In this document: piece by piece, positions 1 through 8,810 of the stretch | How positions within the stretch are numbered: position 1 is the first letter of the stretch | Layout: every line of letters begins with the position of its first letter | DNA from: Erwinia phage KEY | DNA: 32,000 nt | Direction: 5' to 3' (one strand) | Sequence record: MZ616364.1 | Translations under genes and position numbers: made by a program | Notes under the pieces: model-generated | The model's database searches: none | Told to the model about the DNA's origin: nothing | Seen by the model: only the letters and a program-made list of their open reading frames with translations

Positions 1-1
1 A

Positions 2-598
2 GCTGCGGCTATTCTGGGAACTACAGTTCCTGACTTAGAAAACCGATCTACCAAAGAAGTTACGCAGTCCTGGCAAATTACTCAGCGTTGTCTAGTAAAT
101 GCTAGAGATTACTTCAACTCTATTAACTTAGATCATTATAAAGATTTTCCAGAAGCATGGCATGAATTTGTCATTCATCTGGAAAACTATATGCAACCTT
201 ACTCATCTTTATATGAGAAAGAAGATACAATCTTCACTCTTTCTATTTCTCCTAGAAAAATGTTAGAGTTGGTTGGAACTGAGCTAGGACGTGAGATCTT
301 GCAGCAAGATGTGTGGATTGATCGTATAGTTCGTGACGTGGCATTAAATAAGGTTCGAGTAGCTATTATCTCTGATGTCCGATTTGAGAATGAAGCCAAA
401 TTCATTCATGATAAAGAAGGTGAGTTAATTAAAATCGCCGCTACTAAAAACCCGTATAAAATTAATAGTAATCATCTGTCTAACAAGGGTATTGATCAGG
501 AATACCTGACTGGTGTTATTGTTAATGAAATGAACGGATTGAAAGAACTAGAAGAAGAGGTTCATTCCACCTGTTGGTGCATAGAACCACAAATTTAA
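2..598 (+). CDS. Deoxynucleoside monophosphate kinase, 5' truncated by window edge
   Basis: Frame is open from base 2 (AAAILGTTVPDLENRSTKEVTQSWQ...); motif SPRKMLELVGTELGREILQQDVWIDRIVRD...VAIISDVRFENEA resembles T4 gp1/T5 dNMP kinase. The ORF track starts only at the internal ATG at 191. Confidence 0.8.
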   Translation, partial: AAAILGTTVPDLENRSTKEVTQSWQITQRCLVNARDYFNSINLDHYKDFPEAWHEFVIHLENYMQPYSSLYEKEDTIFTLSISPRKMLELVGTELGREILQQDVWIDRIVRDVALNKVRVAIISDVRFENEAKFIHDKEGELIKIAATKNPYKINSNHLSNKGIDQEYLTGVIVNEMNGLKELEEEVHSTCWCIEPQI

Positions 599-606
599 GG
601 ATTAAT

Positions 607-1221
607 ATGGAATCAAACGTAATCGCCCGTCGCAAATCAAGTAATGGAGAGTCTGAAGGCTACGGTACAGTCTCAGAAACAGTAGTTCGTAAGTATACTT
701 TCCATCTAGATACTGAACTAGGCCCACCTGAAAATTATCGGGAGTTAAGTACTATCCTTATGAATGCTGGTCCTGATGATGAAGTTAACTTATTCTTAAA
801 CGGACCCGGTGGCTATCTAAGTACTTGCGCTCAGTTAGTGAATCTTATTCAAAACTCGGATGCTTTAGTAACAGCCCATCTAATGGGTCCAATTGCCTCA
901 GCCCATACGTTTATATTCCTAGCCTGTAATTCTTGGGTAGTATATCCACATAGTTCTCTGATGATGCACTCGTATTCTGGTGGTGTGTATGAGAAAGGTA
1001 AAGAAATTATTAAGTCTGCTTTAGCAACACAAAGCTTCTTTGAAGAACTCGTTCAGGAAGTCTACTATCCGTTCCTAACAGAGGCAGAAGTAGATATGAT
1101 TATCGACGGAAAAGATATTCATATGCAAGCTAAAGAAGTTTCAAAACGTTTGACTCCTCTAGTAGCTTATAGAGCTTCACTGGCTGGAGCAGCTATGGAA
1201 GAACCGGAAGTAATTAATTAA
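607..1221 (+). CDS. ClpP-like serine protease
   Basis: ClpP-type LNGPGG, GPIASAHTF, MMHSYSGG motifs; start chosen at ATG 607 preceded by aaggatt rather than upstream 574. Confidence 0.85.
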   Translation: MESNVIARRKSSNGESEGYGTVSETVVRKYTFHLDTELGPPENYRELSTILMNAGPDDEVNLFLNGPGGYLSTCAQLVNLIQNSDALVTAHLMGPIASAHTFIFLACNSWVVYPHSSLMMHSYSGGVYEKGKEIIKSALATQSFFEELVQEVYYPFLTEAEVDMIIDGKDIHMQAKEVSKRLTPLVAYRASLAGAAMEEPEVIN

Positions 1222-1226
1222 TGAAT

Positions 1227-1256
1227 AAGCCCGTGACGAAAGTTGCGGGCTTTTGT
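1227..1256 (+). terminator. Rho-independent terminator
   Basis: aagcccgtgacgaaagttgcgggcttttg: GC-rich stem followed by T-rich tract just after the ClpP-like gene. Confidence 0.75.
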
Positions 1257-1372
1257 TTTATATAAACAATACTTGACAAGTTGATAAATCTATGATCCAA
1301 ATATAATTATAAAGTCAGCTTGTAATTTTTATCCGACTAGGTTATAATGGTTCTAGTCGGGGAGGCGATATA

Positions 1373-2035
1373 GTGGATAATTTTTTAAAGTTACTAACAG
1401 TCTTAATGGCTGAAATTAAAGATCCTGGCACTCTTTTAAAAAGAGCTGGCACCCTGCTCGTCACAGTAATTATTTATTTTGTTATTAATAATACTGCGGA
1501 ACTTGGTTCTTATCTAAAAGTATTTTCTACATCTGCTGTCCTCGAGGACATTCAAGAACAAAGAGTAAAAAACTTCCCTAACGTAGCTAGGGAGAAAGTT
1601 ATGATTCTCTATGCACAGACTAAAGCGGACGTAGTATTCGTTACTAAATATAAACCAGATGCCATCAATGACTATCAAAATATTGTAGCTTGGGAAGGAA
1701 ATGTACAAATAGAAAAAACTGACCTAGAAGACAAAGCTGTTGACAAAACTTCCGGGTTATACAGACAGCATCTGGATGGATTCAATTATAGCTATGACCT
1801 TACAACTAAGGTTGGGCTTTCTAGATACTCTGGTGTTGATCTACCAGATTTTAAAAACGCAGCATTTGAATTTGTTTATACATGCCCATACTTCAACTTA
1901 AACAATATTTATTCAGGTTATATCGCTATAGGCTGGAAAAAGAAACCCGTTGATGACGCAGAATTGCAAAAGTTTAATGATTATTTGTTTAGACTATGCA
2001 GCCCTCAAGTAGGGAGTTTAGGTAGATCTATATGA
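1373..2035 (+). CDS. Holin (T5-like), N-terminal TM segment
   Basis: 220 aa, GTG start with GGAGG upstream, TM near N-terminus, overlaps the start of the lysozyme gene; size and position match T5 holin. Confidence 0.65.
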   Translation: MDNFLKLLTVLMAEIKDPGTLLKRAGTLLVTVIIYFVINNTAELGSYLKVFSTSAVLEDIQEQRVKNFPNVAREKVMILYAQTKADVVFVTKYKPDAINDYQNIVAWEGNVQIEKTDLEDKAVDKTSGLYRQHLDGFNYSYDLTTKVGLSRYSGVDLPDFKNAAFEFVYTCPYFNLNNIYSGYIAIGWKKKPVDDAELQKFNDYLFRLCSPQVGSLGRSI

Positions 2036-2529
2036 TACGTTGGGAAATAACACCTGATAATACAACGCTATTAACAGAAATTAAGGAGTTCGAGGGGACT
2101 AAAGAGTATCAAGCAGCTTGGAAACAAAAATCATTCCGTAATGGAAGGTTTTGGGTTTATAAAGACCATCTAGGGTATGATACTATTGGTTACGGACACC
2201 TTGTCAAGAAAGGAGAGGATTTCTCTAAAGGACTAACTGAAGCAGAAGCAGAACGTTTGCTGGCTACTGATCTAAAAACTTCTGTAGAAGCAGCATTTGA
2301 CATTGCTACTAAGAAGAATATTAGTGATCAGTTCATCATTCAGTTAACTCTAGTAGAGATGGTATTCCAGTTAGGGAAAGAAGGAGTACTAGGATTTAGC
2401 AATACGTTAAGTAAAATGGCTAGTAAAGACTACAAGGGTGCAGCAGATGGGATGCTAAACTCTAAATGGGCCAGACAAACTCCGGAACGCGTCAGTAAAA
2501 TGGCAGAAAGAGTAAGAGCATTGGCTTAA
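2032..2529 (+). CDS. Endolysin, T4-type lysozyme (GH24 muramidase)
   Basis: IKEFEGTK...KDHLGYDTIGYGHLV catalytic E-D-T arrangement typical of T4 lysozyme family. Confidence 0.9.
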   Translation: MIRWEITPDNTTLLTEIKEFEGTKEYQAAWKQKSFRNGRFWVYKDHLGYDTIGYGHLVKKGEDFSKGLTEAEAERLLATDLKTSVEAAFDIATKKNISDQFIIQLTLVEMVFQLGKEGVLGFSNTLSKMASKDYKGAADGMLNSKWARQTPERVSKMAERVRALA

Positions 2530-2534
2530 TATAT

Positions 2535-2563
2535 AAGGGAGATCAGTTGGTCTCCCTTTTTTA
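2535..2563 (+). terminator. Rho-independent terminator
   Basis: aagggagatcagttggtctcccttttttatt hairpin plus T6. Confidence 0.8.
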
Positions 2564-2620
2564 TTACTTGCTCAATGACTAAAATATAGATTATAATCAA
2601 AGGATCAAATAAACTATATT

Positions 2621-3034
2621 TTGGAGAATAATATGAGCTTCCACCTAACGATCTATGCGTTATTAATAGTACACCAAGTAACATTTTTCGTGTTACTTGC
2701 AATCTTTATGATGATGACTATAACATTCATTATAAGAAGTAATTTAACTGCCAAAGCCACTCTCTTTTGTGAGAAAGTATTGTTTGGGTTCTTTGGGGTA
2801 TTTAAATGCGTGAATAAGCCCAGCAACTATTCCTTTTTCGGGATAGAACTAGAAAGTAATCTGGCAACCGCAGTATGCTTTAGTATCGGAATGTGGGTGT
2901 TTTCTTTACATCTAGCCATACTACTACATTTGTTGTTCATAGGAGTGGCTAGTGTGTACGTCCTAAGCTCTCCTATGATTCTATACCTGGCTTATCCTCT
3001 AGTTATGTTCGCATTTAGGAAAAAATGTAGTTGA
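2621..3034 (+). CDS. Multi-pass membrane protein, unknown function
   Basis: 137 aa, several long hydrophobic segments. Confidence 0.6.
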   Translation: MENNMSFHLTIYALLIVHQVTFFVLLAIFMMMTITFIIRSNLTAKATLFCEKVLFGFFGVFKCVNKPSNYSFFGIELESNLATAVCFSIGMWVFSLHLAILLHLLFIGVASVYVLSSPMILYLAYPLVMFAFRKKCS

Positions 3035-3059
3035 CATAACAGTAAAATTGTAATATAAT
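3031..3059 (+). promoter_or_regulatory. Sigma70 promoter, perfect consensus
   Basis: TTGACA (3031-3036), 17-bp spacer, TATAAT (3054-3059), upstream of the ORF at 3093. Confidence 0.85.
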
Positions 3060-3092
3060 ATGTGTATATTATCTTGAATAGGAATTAAAACC

Positions 3093-3479
3093 ATGTCAGA
3101 TCGTTTTTATGCACAGATGGGTAAACATTTTGACATGGCTCCTTGGGAGTTACAGGTAGCTCTGCGGGATGAAAAATCAGATTTACGTAAAACACTGGAG
3201 AAGAAGTCCATGCCTAAAGTAACGCGCAAAGAACTTAGCGTAGAACTATCAGACCTTTTAGGTGTAGAAATTAATGCTACTAAACTGCCTATGAATACTC
3301 TTCAAGCAGTAGTAGAATCATTCAGAAATAAAAAAGCCAAGCAGGTTGAAATGCCTACCGGCAGATTAAAAGCTCCTTACATCGAGGCTTTGCATGTTGC
3401 ACTAAACTTTAAATCTCCTGTAGATTTTAGTACTGCCACTGTCGCTTTAATGAAGGAAATTTTGGAGAATATTAAATGA
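3093..3479 (+). CDS. Hypothetical protein
   Basis: 128-aa ORF with good spacing to promoter, 4-nt overlap with next gene. Confidence 0.7.
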   Translation: MSDRFYAQMGKHFDMAPWELQVALRDEKSDLRKTLEKKSMPKVTRKELSVELSDLLGVEINATKLPMNTLQAVVESFRNKKAKQVEMPTGRLKAPYIEALHVALNFKSPVDFSTATVALMKEILENIK

Positions 3480-3763
3480 AAAAAGCTATCCTAGTATTTA
3501 AAGGCTCTGACTGTGTCCCTTGTGGACATTTTGAGCCTGTTTTTGACAGCATCTTTGAAGATGGCGGAATTTTTCAGGGTGACGTCTATAAAGTAATTGA
3601 TGATGTTGCACTTATGCGAGATATGGGAGTACGTACTGTACCTACAGTTGTTTTTGCAGAAGTAGTATCCCCAGGTGAATTTAAGGCACTTGCCAGCTTT
3701 GCTGGGAAGGATCTTCGAAGAGTAATCCTAGAAGAGAATGTAAGACGTTTTAACGAACAGTAA
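3476..3763 (+). CDS. Thioredoxin/glutaredoxin-like protein
   Basis: GSDCVPCGHFEPVFD CxxC motif and cis-Pro region VRTVPTVVF. Confidence 0.85.
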   Translation: MKKAILVFKGSDCVPCGHFEPVFDSIFEDGGIFQGDVYKVIDDVALMRDMGVRTVPTVVFAEVVSPGEFKALASFAGKDLRRVILEENVRRFNEQ

Positions 3764-3772
3764 GAGGTTTGT

Positions 3773-4147
3773 ATGGCACCACGTCTAAGAGTACTACAAA
3801 AACGCTATAAACATCTTGATGAAGTATTTATCGGGTGGGATGTGGCTTACGCTTACGAAGGCAAAACTATGATTGCATCTATTTTTGCTATTAGCTTAGA
3901 TCACGCCTGGAATTTGTTATCTTTACTGAAGAATTACGATCCTAATTATACTAAGATCTTAAAAGTTGAAGGTAGTAATGGATTCTATCACGCCACTTTA
4001 GACGTACAAAACGTATACTATACTAAAAATGATGAACCACTAGGTGTCAACGCTTTGATTGGTAATATTTTCGCAATGAGTGAAGCAGAAGTACCTTTAC
4101 ACATCATGGATATCATTGATTGGGGCACCCTTACTGGTGGTTCTTGA
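3773..4147 (+). CDS. Hypothetical protein
   Basis: 124-aa ORF, RBS aagaggttt upstream. Confidence 0.6.
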   Translation: MAPRLRVLQKRYKHLDEVFIGWDVAYAYEGKTMIASIFAISLDHAWNLLSLLKNYDPNYTKILKVEGSNGFYHATLDVQNVYYTKNDEPLGVNALIGNIFAMSEAEVPLHIMDIIDWGTLTGGS

Positions 4148-4152
4148 ACTAA

Positions 4153-4184
4153 TTAAGCCTAGCCTAGTCAGCTAGGCTTTTTTA
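4153..4184 (+). terminator. Rho-independent terminator
   Basis: aagcctagcctagtcagctaggcttttttatt hairpin plus T-tract. Confidence 0.8.
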
Positions 4185-4188
4185 TTGC

Positions 4189-4217
4189 TTGCTAAACAGT
4201 GATAATTTTGATATAAT
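4189..4217 (+). promoter_or_regulatory. Sigma70 promoter
   Basis: TTGCTA-N17-TATAAT followed by agctttataaattgaggagaataatATG. Confidence 0.8.
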
Positions 4218-4242
4218 AGCTTTATAAATTGAGGAGAATAAT

Positions 4243-4425
4243 ATGTATGCATTTGCTACCTTTGATAAGAACGGTCATGAACATTCAGTATATTTAGGAT
4301 ACAATAAAGCCCAATGGCTTAGTCTTTCAGAGAACGTTAAAGCGGCAGAAGTACAGTATATTTCTGAGCACTTTGAAGTAGATTTAGACAATGTGTTTAT
4401 TACTTTTGAGAGAGATTATAAATGA
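4243..4425 (+). CDS. Hypothetical protein
   Basis: 60 aa with strong SD (gaggag). Confidence 0.6.
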   Translation: MYAFATFDKNGHEHSVYLGYNKAQWLSLSENVKAAEVQYISEHFEVDLDNVFITFERDYK

Positions 4426-4796
4426 AAAAGATGTTTGTAATTGTATCCAATGGTTTTGCTTATGCTGATCGTGCCGTTGATCTAGATATTACAGAAAAAG
4501 AGTTTAAAGCACTCCCTACCAAAGAACAAGAAGAAAGAGTTAGGGATGCAGCAGCAGAATACATGGATATTTGGGTTGAAACTGATGGCCCTACTGTTTT
4601 AGTTTATGTATCTTTAGGTCTAGTAGGTTGTGACCAGTGTACAGAAACAGATTATACTCCGGCTCAGTGGGAGAAATTATATCCAGAAGAGCGTGAAGAA
4701 CACATTATAGAGAAAGCCTGGGATTGCGTAGACTACTTTGAAGTAGCTGCAATCAACGAGGCTGCTCTAAAAAATGAACATAGAGGGATTCACTAA
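4422..4796 (+). CDS. Hypothetical acidic protein
   Basis: 124 aa, 4-nt overlaps with both neighbours. Confidence 0.6.
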   Translation: MKKMFVIVSNGFAYADRAVDLDITEKEFKALPTKEQEERVRDAAAEYMDIWVETDGPTVLVYVSLGLVGCDQCTETDYTPAQWEKLYPEEREEHIIEKAWDCVDYFEVAAINEAALKNEHRGIH

Positions 4797-5623
4797 TGCA
4801 AGACAAGATACTTCCTATTATACATGAACACTTCTTCGTACCTGACGAGGCTGATTTGTTTTTCTGTACAGACTTACATGGTTGCTGGGATCAGTTCAAA
4901 TTCCTACAGCAGACAATGGGATTTCGTAATGGTATAGACTATATGGTTTCTACTGGTGATCTGGGTGATCGTGGGGATAAGAGTCTAAACTGTTTCGCAC
5001 CATTTATTGGTAAAGATCAGAGATATAAAAGTACAATGGGCAACCACGATATGTTCCTAGCGACTGTTGATAGTCGTCCAGATAGTGTAGGGAACTTGCT
5101 TTATAATGGTGGTAAGTGGGTGTTTAATGACCTCGGCCCGGACCAAATCGAGTCTTTCGCTGAGACGATTAATGAGAAATTTCCTATTTTCTTGACAGTC
5201 CATCATCGGGGTAAAAAATATGGTGTTGTTCATGCTGAAATTCCTGTAGAATATGGAGATACAGGGATGATGTTTAAACAGCAAAATTGGTTTGATGTAA
5301 TTGATGCCTTATATGATAAAGTTAACAGCACAAACCTGTTCAGTCAAGTGTGGAGATTTATTGATCCTTATATTTGGGGTCGTGATGTAATTACTTATGC
5401 ACTAGAGACCCAGGAAAAAATACTTCCAATAGAAGGAGTAGACTATACAATTCATGGGCACACAGTAATTAAAAATCCAACTATGGTTGAGAATCGGTTT
5501 TATATAGACACCGGAGGTTATTATAATGGTGCTTTAACTATGGCTAAAGCAACCGACATTGGGTTTGATACCCTTACCACTGAGTCAGGAAACCCCGAAG
5601 GAATCTGGCGACAGTACACTTAA
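4796..5623 (+). CDS. PPP-type metallophosphatase (lambda/T5 Ser/Thr phosphatase-like)
   Basis: DLHGCWDQF, GDLGDRGDKS, GNHDMFL, VVHAE, IHGHT metal-binding motifs. Confidence 0.9.
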   Translation: MQDKILPIIHEHFFVPDEADLFFCTDLHGCWDQFKFLQQTMGFRNGIDYMVSTGDLGDRGDKSLNCFAPFIGKDQRYKSTMGNHDMFLATVDSRPDSVGNLLYNGGKWVFNDLGPDQIESFAETINEKFPIFLTVHHRGKKYGVVHAEIPVEYGDTGMMFKQQNWFDVIDALYDKVNSTNLFSQVWRFIDPYIWGRDVITYALETQEKILPIEGVDYTIHGHTVIKNPTMVENRFYIDTGGYYNGALTMAKATDIGFDTLTTESGNPEGIWRQYT

Positions 5624-5646
5624 GCCCTGGAGTTCTAGGGCTTTTC
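5622..5646 (+). terminator. Rho-independent terminator
   Basis: aagccctggagttctagggcttttc. Confidence 0.65.
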
Positions 5647-5659
5647 AGAGGAATTTGTA

Positions 5660-5893
5660 ATGAGGAAAATGATTCTAGTTTCGTGTTTAGCCCTAGTTCT
5701 TACTCTAGTTCTTACAGGGTGTGATGAACAGCAACGAATGGATTATGAGTCTGCTGCACAATCATGTGTTAAAAATAACGGCATATTAGTCAAGACAGTT
5801 AGCTTTAGTAAAATTTATTTGTTTGGGCTTATCCCAGTAGGCACTAACATGACAGTATACTGCCAGGTTAACCCAACAGTAGGTGCTGATTAA
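5660..5893 (+). CDS. Small lipoprotein
   Basis: 77 aa, signal peptide with lipobox LTGC, two further Cys in the mature part. Confidence 0.75.
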   Translation: MRKMILVSCLALVLTLVLTGCDEQQRMDYESAAQSCVKNNGILVKTVSFSKIYLFGLIPVGTNMTVYCQVNPTVGAD

Positions 5894-6138
5894 TGAAATT
5901 TCATAAGTTAAAATTACAGGAACAATTCTTCCCTGCGGTTCAAGCAGGGCTAAAAACAGCCGAACTACGTGTTAATGACCGTAATTATGCTGTAGGAGAT
6001 TATCTAGAGATGCACGAAATTGATCTATTAGGTAATTTTTCAGGTAATATGGTTCTTGCAGAAGTTACTCATATTGCCAACGTTGATTTTATCTTGCTAG
6101 GTTATGTGTTACTGAGTATTAAGTTAATTAAAAATTGA
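5893..6138 (+). CDS. DUF3850/ASCH-like protein
   Basis: HKLKLQEQFFPAVQAGLKTAELRVNDRNYAVGDYLEMHE...GYVLLSIKLI fits the ASCH-like DUF3850 pattern. Confidence 0.7.
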   Translation: MKFHKLKLQEQFFPAVQAGLKTAELRVNDRNYAVGDYLEMHEIDLLGNFSGNMVLAEVTHIANVDFILLGYVLLSIKLIKN

Positions 6139-6139
6139 T

Positions 6140-6168
6140 TTGCAAATCATCAAGATTTTCTGTATAAT
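6140..6168 (+). promoter_or_regulatory. Sigma70 promoter
   Basis: TTGCAA-N17-TATAAT followed by agctttataaattga, the same leader as at 4212. Confidence 0.75.
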
Positions 6169-6199
6169 AGCTTTATAAATTGAACAGAGGAATACAAAT

Positions 6200-6484
6200 A
6201 TGAAAAACGAAATCAATTCAAGTAACTATCAGTCTGAGAACCTGGGTAAAGATGATCTGGCTAAATCTCTTGTAATTCTGCTGGGAATGGATGGCTATGA
6301 AGGACAGCTTAAGAAATTGTCTCTTCCAGCCCTTCGTAAGATGTATGATGGACTGCTGAGCAATGCAGTCCATGTTTCCCAGGTCCGTCGTGAAGCATAC
6401 GACTCTCGGAAAGAACTTAAAATCAGTCAGGATCGTTGCAGCTCTCTGGAACGTGACCTGAATCGTATTAAGAAAGGTAAATAA
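6200..6484 (+). CDS. Hypothetical coiled-coil protein
   Basis: 94 aa; overlaps next start. Confidence 0.6.
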   Translation: MKNEINSSNYQSENLGKDDLAKSLVILLGMDGYEGQLKKLSLPALRKMYDGLLSNAVHVSQVRREAYDSRKELKISQDRCSSLERDLNRIKKGK

Positions 6485-6780
6485 TGACACAAGCTATTAT
6501 TATATGTGTGTTATGCCTAATAGTTTTTATACTGGCAGGCGTAACATTCTTGTTTAAAGTACGTTTAGATGTACTTAACGTAAACTGTCAACTAATTTTA
6601 GCAGAGAAAGATAATCTCATCAAAGACTTGTACGACGCCTTTGAAGCTAAAGATTTAACGATAGAATCTCTCAGAGCAGAGATTAACCAGAGAAACATTG
6701 CAGTTGCTCAGGCAAAGGATATGGTTGGTCAACTTAAAGTAGCTAAAAATATTAAATTAGAAATAATGAGGCGCTTATGA
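6484..6780 (+). CDS. Single-TM plus coiled-coil protein (i-spanin-like topology, function unproven)
   Basis: N-terminal hydrophobic stretch then charged helical region. Confidence 0.5.
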   Translation: MTQAIIICVLCLIVFILAGVTFLFKVRLDVLNVNCQLILAEKDNLIKDLYDAFEAKDLTIESLRAEINQRNIAVAQAKDMVGQLKVAKNIKLEIMRRL

Positions 6781-7016
6781 GTATCTTTATCTTTGCAGTA
6801 TGTTTACTTCATCTCTTTATTGGTCTTTGGGCTACCAAACGTAGTAACAGTCGATGGACACTTAAAGTAGTATTTGGAAAGTTTCTGTTGGCCTCTGTTA
6901 TTACGCTACTAACTACTGCGGATGTTTTCTTAGGCGGTGCTAAGTTCCCTCAGTTACAGGTTGAAGTTAGCTCAGCAATTGCAATTGCACAACGGGAGTT
7001 AATGACACGTGTTTAA
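6777..7016 (+). CDS. Small membrane protein
   Basis: Two hydrophobic segments; 4-nt overlap with previous ORF. Confidence 0.5.
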   Translation: MSIFIFAVCLLHLFIGLWATKRSNSRWTLKVVFGKFLLASVITLLTTADVFLGGAKFPQLQVEVSSAIAIAQRELMTRV

Positions 7017-7308
7017 TTATCATGAACTAGATATTATCAAAGATGCTCTAGAGCTTAACCACTCCGAAGAGACTACAATTTATCAAAAAGTAGTTAACCT
7101 GATGGACACTATGTGGTATCCTGGGCATGTTCTACCACCAATGTATGCCAAGTTCTTAATTGAGAAAGATGGTGTACAGTATGAAGCTAGACGTACTGAG
7201 TTAGCAGAATCATACTCCCCTAAAACTATTACCCTTTTAATCCAGCATTCTGTAGAATGGGATGAAGAAACACTTAACGTAGGAGATTTCAAATGGCGTT
7301 ATCTTTAA
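7009..7308 (+). CDS. Hypothetical protein
   Basis: 99 aa, overlapping operon structure. Confidence 0.55.
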   Translation: MFNYHELDIIKDALELNHSEETTIYQKVVNLMDTMWYPGHVLPPMYAKFLIEKDGVQYEARRTELAESYSPKTITLLIQHSVEWDEETLNVGDFKWRYL

Positions 7309-7520
7309 TTGATAAACTGAACTCTAATACTATAGGCATTAACTTACGTGATAGTTTATTGTTTATTCTGCCTATAGCTTTATTAGTTAACTTAGTCTAT
7401 ACCGTTGCATTGGCAGTAACAAATACTCCTATCTCCGGCACTTACGATGGATCAGTACCCTATATGTACTACGAGCTATTTCTAGCTACCTTTGGAGCAC
7501 GTAATATTGAAACCGATTGA
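7293..7520 (+). CDS. Small membrane protein
   Basis: 75 aa with TM segment. Confidence 0.5.
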   Translation: MALSLIDKLNSNTIGINLRDSLLFILPIALLVNLVYTVALAVTNTPISGTYDGSVPYMYYELFLATFGARNIETD

Positions 7521-7944
7521 TATTTTACAGGGCTATTTCGACGTAGAGTCAAATAGCTTTGATTCCGTATTTATTCAGATGTTTGTGGAAACAGATAGTA
7601 AGTTTAATTACGGATTCTTTAACAAATTCTTCGAACAATCCTTTACTCATTCAGATATTAATAATGCAATTAATGAGTTGTCTGGCAGTAAAGTGATTAA
7701 GTTTCTAGAAGTCGAGACAGATGCAAAAGCTGTGGACTTTTTACATAATAAGTATACTTTTGGTAAGTTTCCAAATGTTCGTGGATGGATTGATTATATT
7801 GCCGAACAAACCGGTTATGTTATTTCTAGAGCAGTATTATTCGCATGGGTAGCCTCACAGCATCCACCAAAGCAGCAGAGTTCATTCCTTCCAACTAATG
7901 ATAGGAATTTATATGGAAAAGAATCCACAGAATCTACATCTTAA
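7492..7944 (+). CDS. Hypothetical protein
   Basis: 150-aa ORF; exact start uncertain because it overlaps the preceding ORF. Confidence 0.55.
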   Translation: MEHVILKPIDILQGYFDVESNSFDSVFIQMFVETDSKFNYGFFNKFFEQSFTHSDINNAINELSGSKVIKFLEVETDAKAVDFLHNKYTFGKFPNVRGWIDYIAEQTGYVISRAVLFAWVASQHPPKQQSSFLPTNDRNLYGKESTESTS

Positions 7945-8281
7945 CTATGTAGAGCAGTATATAGAAGAGATTAAGGCTAGATCAGATATCTCTTTTGTAG
8001 TAGAAGATGTTATGACAAACCGTCTCAACGCTGCTAAATCTATTCTAGCAGAAGAAGTTGCTGAAGAAGTAAAGCTGATCACCATGTTAGCAACTATTGC
8101 AGATAATATTGGGCAAAATGTTGAAGATCCCAAAGACGCGTACCGTTTACTCAACAATGCGTTAGCCGCGTATATTGAAGCTAGAACACACCGCATTAAC
8201 ACTTCCGCTAATACCAGAGACATGGATGAAGCTTGCCTAGAGGTAGCAATTATGAAAGTCAATGGTGCTCCTCTAAACTAA
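7913..8281 (+). CDS. Hypothetical helical protein
   Basis: Start at MEKNPQNL (ATG 7913, aggaat upstream). Confidence 0.6.
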   Translation: MEKNPQNLHLNYVEQYIEEIKARSDISFVVEDVMTNRLNAAKSILAEEVAEEVKLITMLATIADNIGQNVEDPKDAYRLLNNALAAYIEARTHRINTSANTRDMDEACLEVAIMKVNGAPLN

Positions 8282-8304
8282 ATCAAATTTCTAACCAATA
8301 ATTA

Positions 8305-8337
8305 TAAAATAGGGGTTTACAAAACCCTATTTTTATA
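8305..8337 (+). terminator. Terminator before tailspike transcription unit
   Basis: aaaataggggtttacaaaaccctatttttat. Confidence 0.7.
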
Positions 8338-8396
8338 TTATACTTCTATGTAGAAAGGATATTTATTCCCTTTCGAGACTTCATAGGAGAAAACTT

Positions 8397-8810
8397 ATGT
8401 TACAGGTAAAAGATTATAACTTTACTGATGGCGATTTAGTACAGCGTAAATTTGGTGGGTATCAGATTACCTACAAAATGACTACTGCGCAGAAAAATTC
8501 GTTCAAAACTTTCTTAGGTGAAGACGGAAAGGAAGAACTAGAAGTTGATAAATGGCTGAAAGACAACAACATCCAAGTTGTTAACCAGCCAAATACTTTA
8601 TCTCAGGATAAAGAAACTGATGGTGCTTTCGAATCTGTTATTACCGAACCTGGTCAGTCTCCACTGATCAAAGAGAAAGGTAAAGATCCGGTTCCTACAG
8701 TAGTTGACGCACGTGGTACTCCTGGATATGATCCAGAAGAAATCGCTAATGCGGAAATCTTCTCTAACGACGGTGTTGTTGCTGATAACACTATCGAGAA
8801 GAAAGACTAA
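8397..8810 (+). CDS. Protein encoded directly upstream of the tailspike, virion-associated or chaperone candidate
   Basis: 137-aa ORF; stop codon overlaps the tailspike start. Confidence 0.55.
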   Translation: MLQVKDYNFTDGDLVQRKFGGYQITYKMTTAQKNSFKTFLGEDGKEELEVDKWLKDNNIQVVNQPNTLSQDKETDGAFESVITEPGQSPLIKEKGKDPVPTVVDARGTPGYDPEEIANAEIFSNDGVVADNTIEKKD

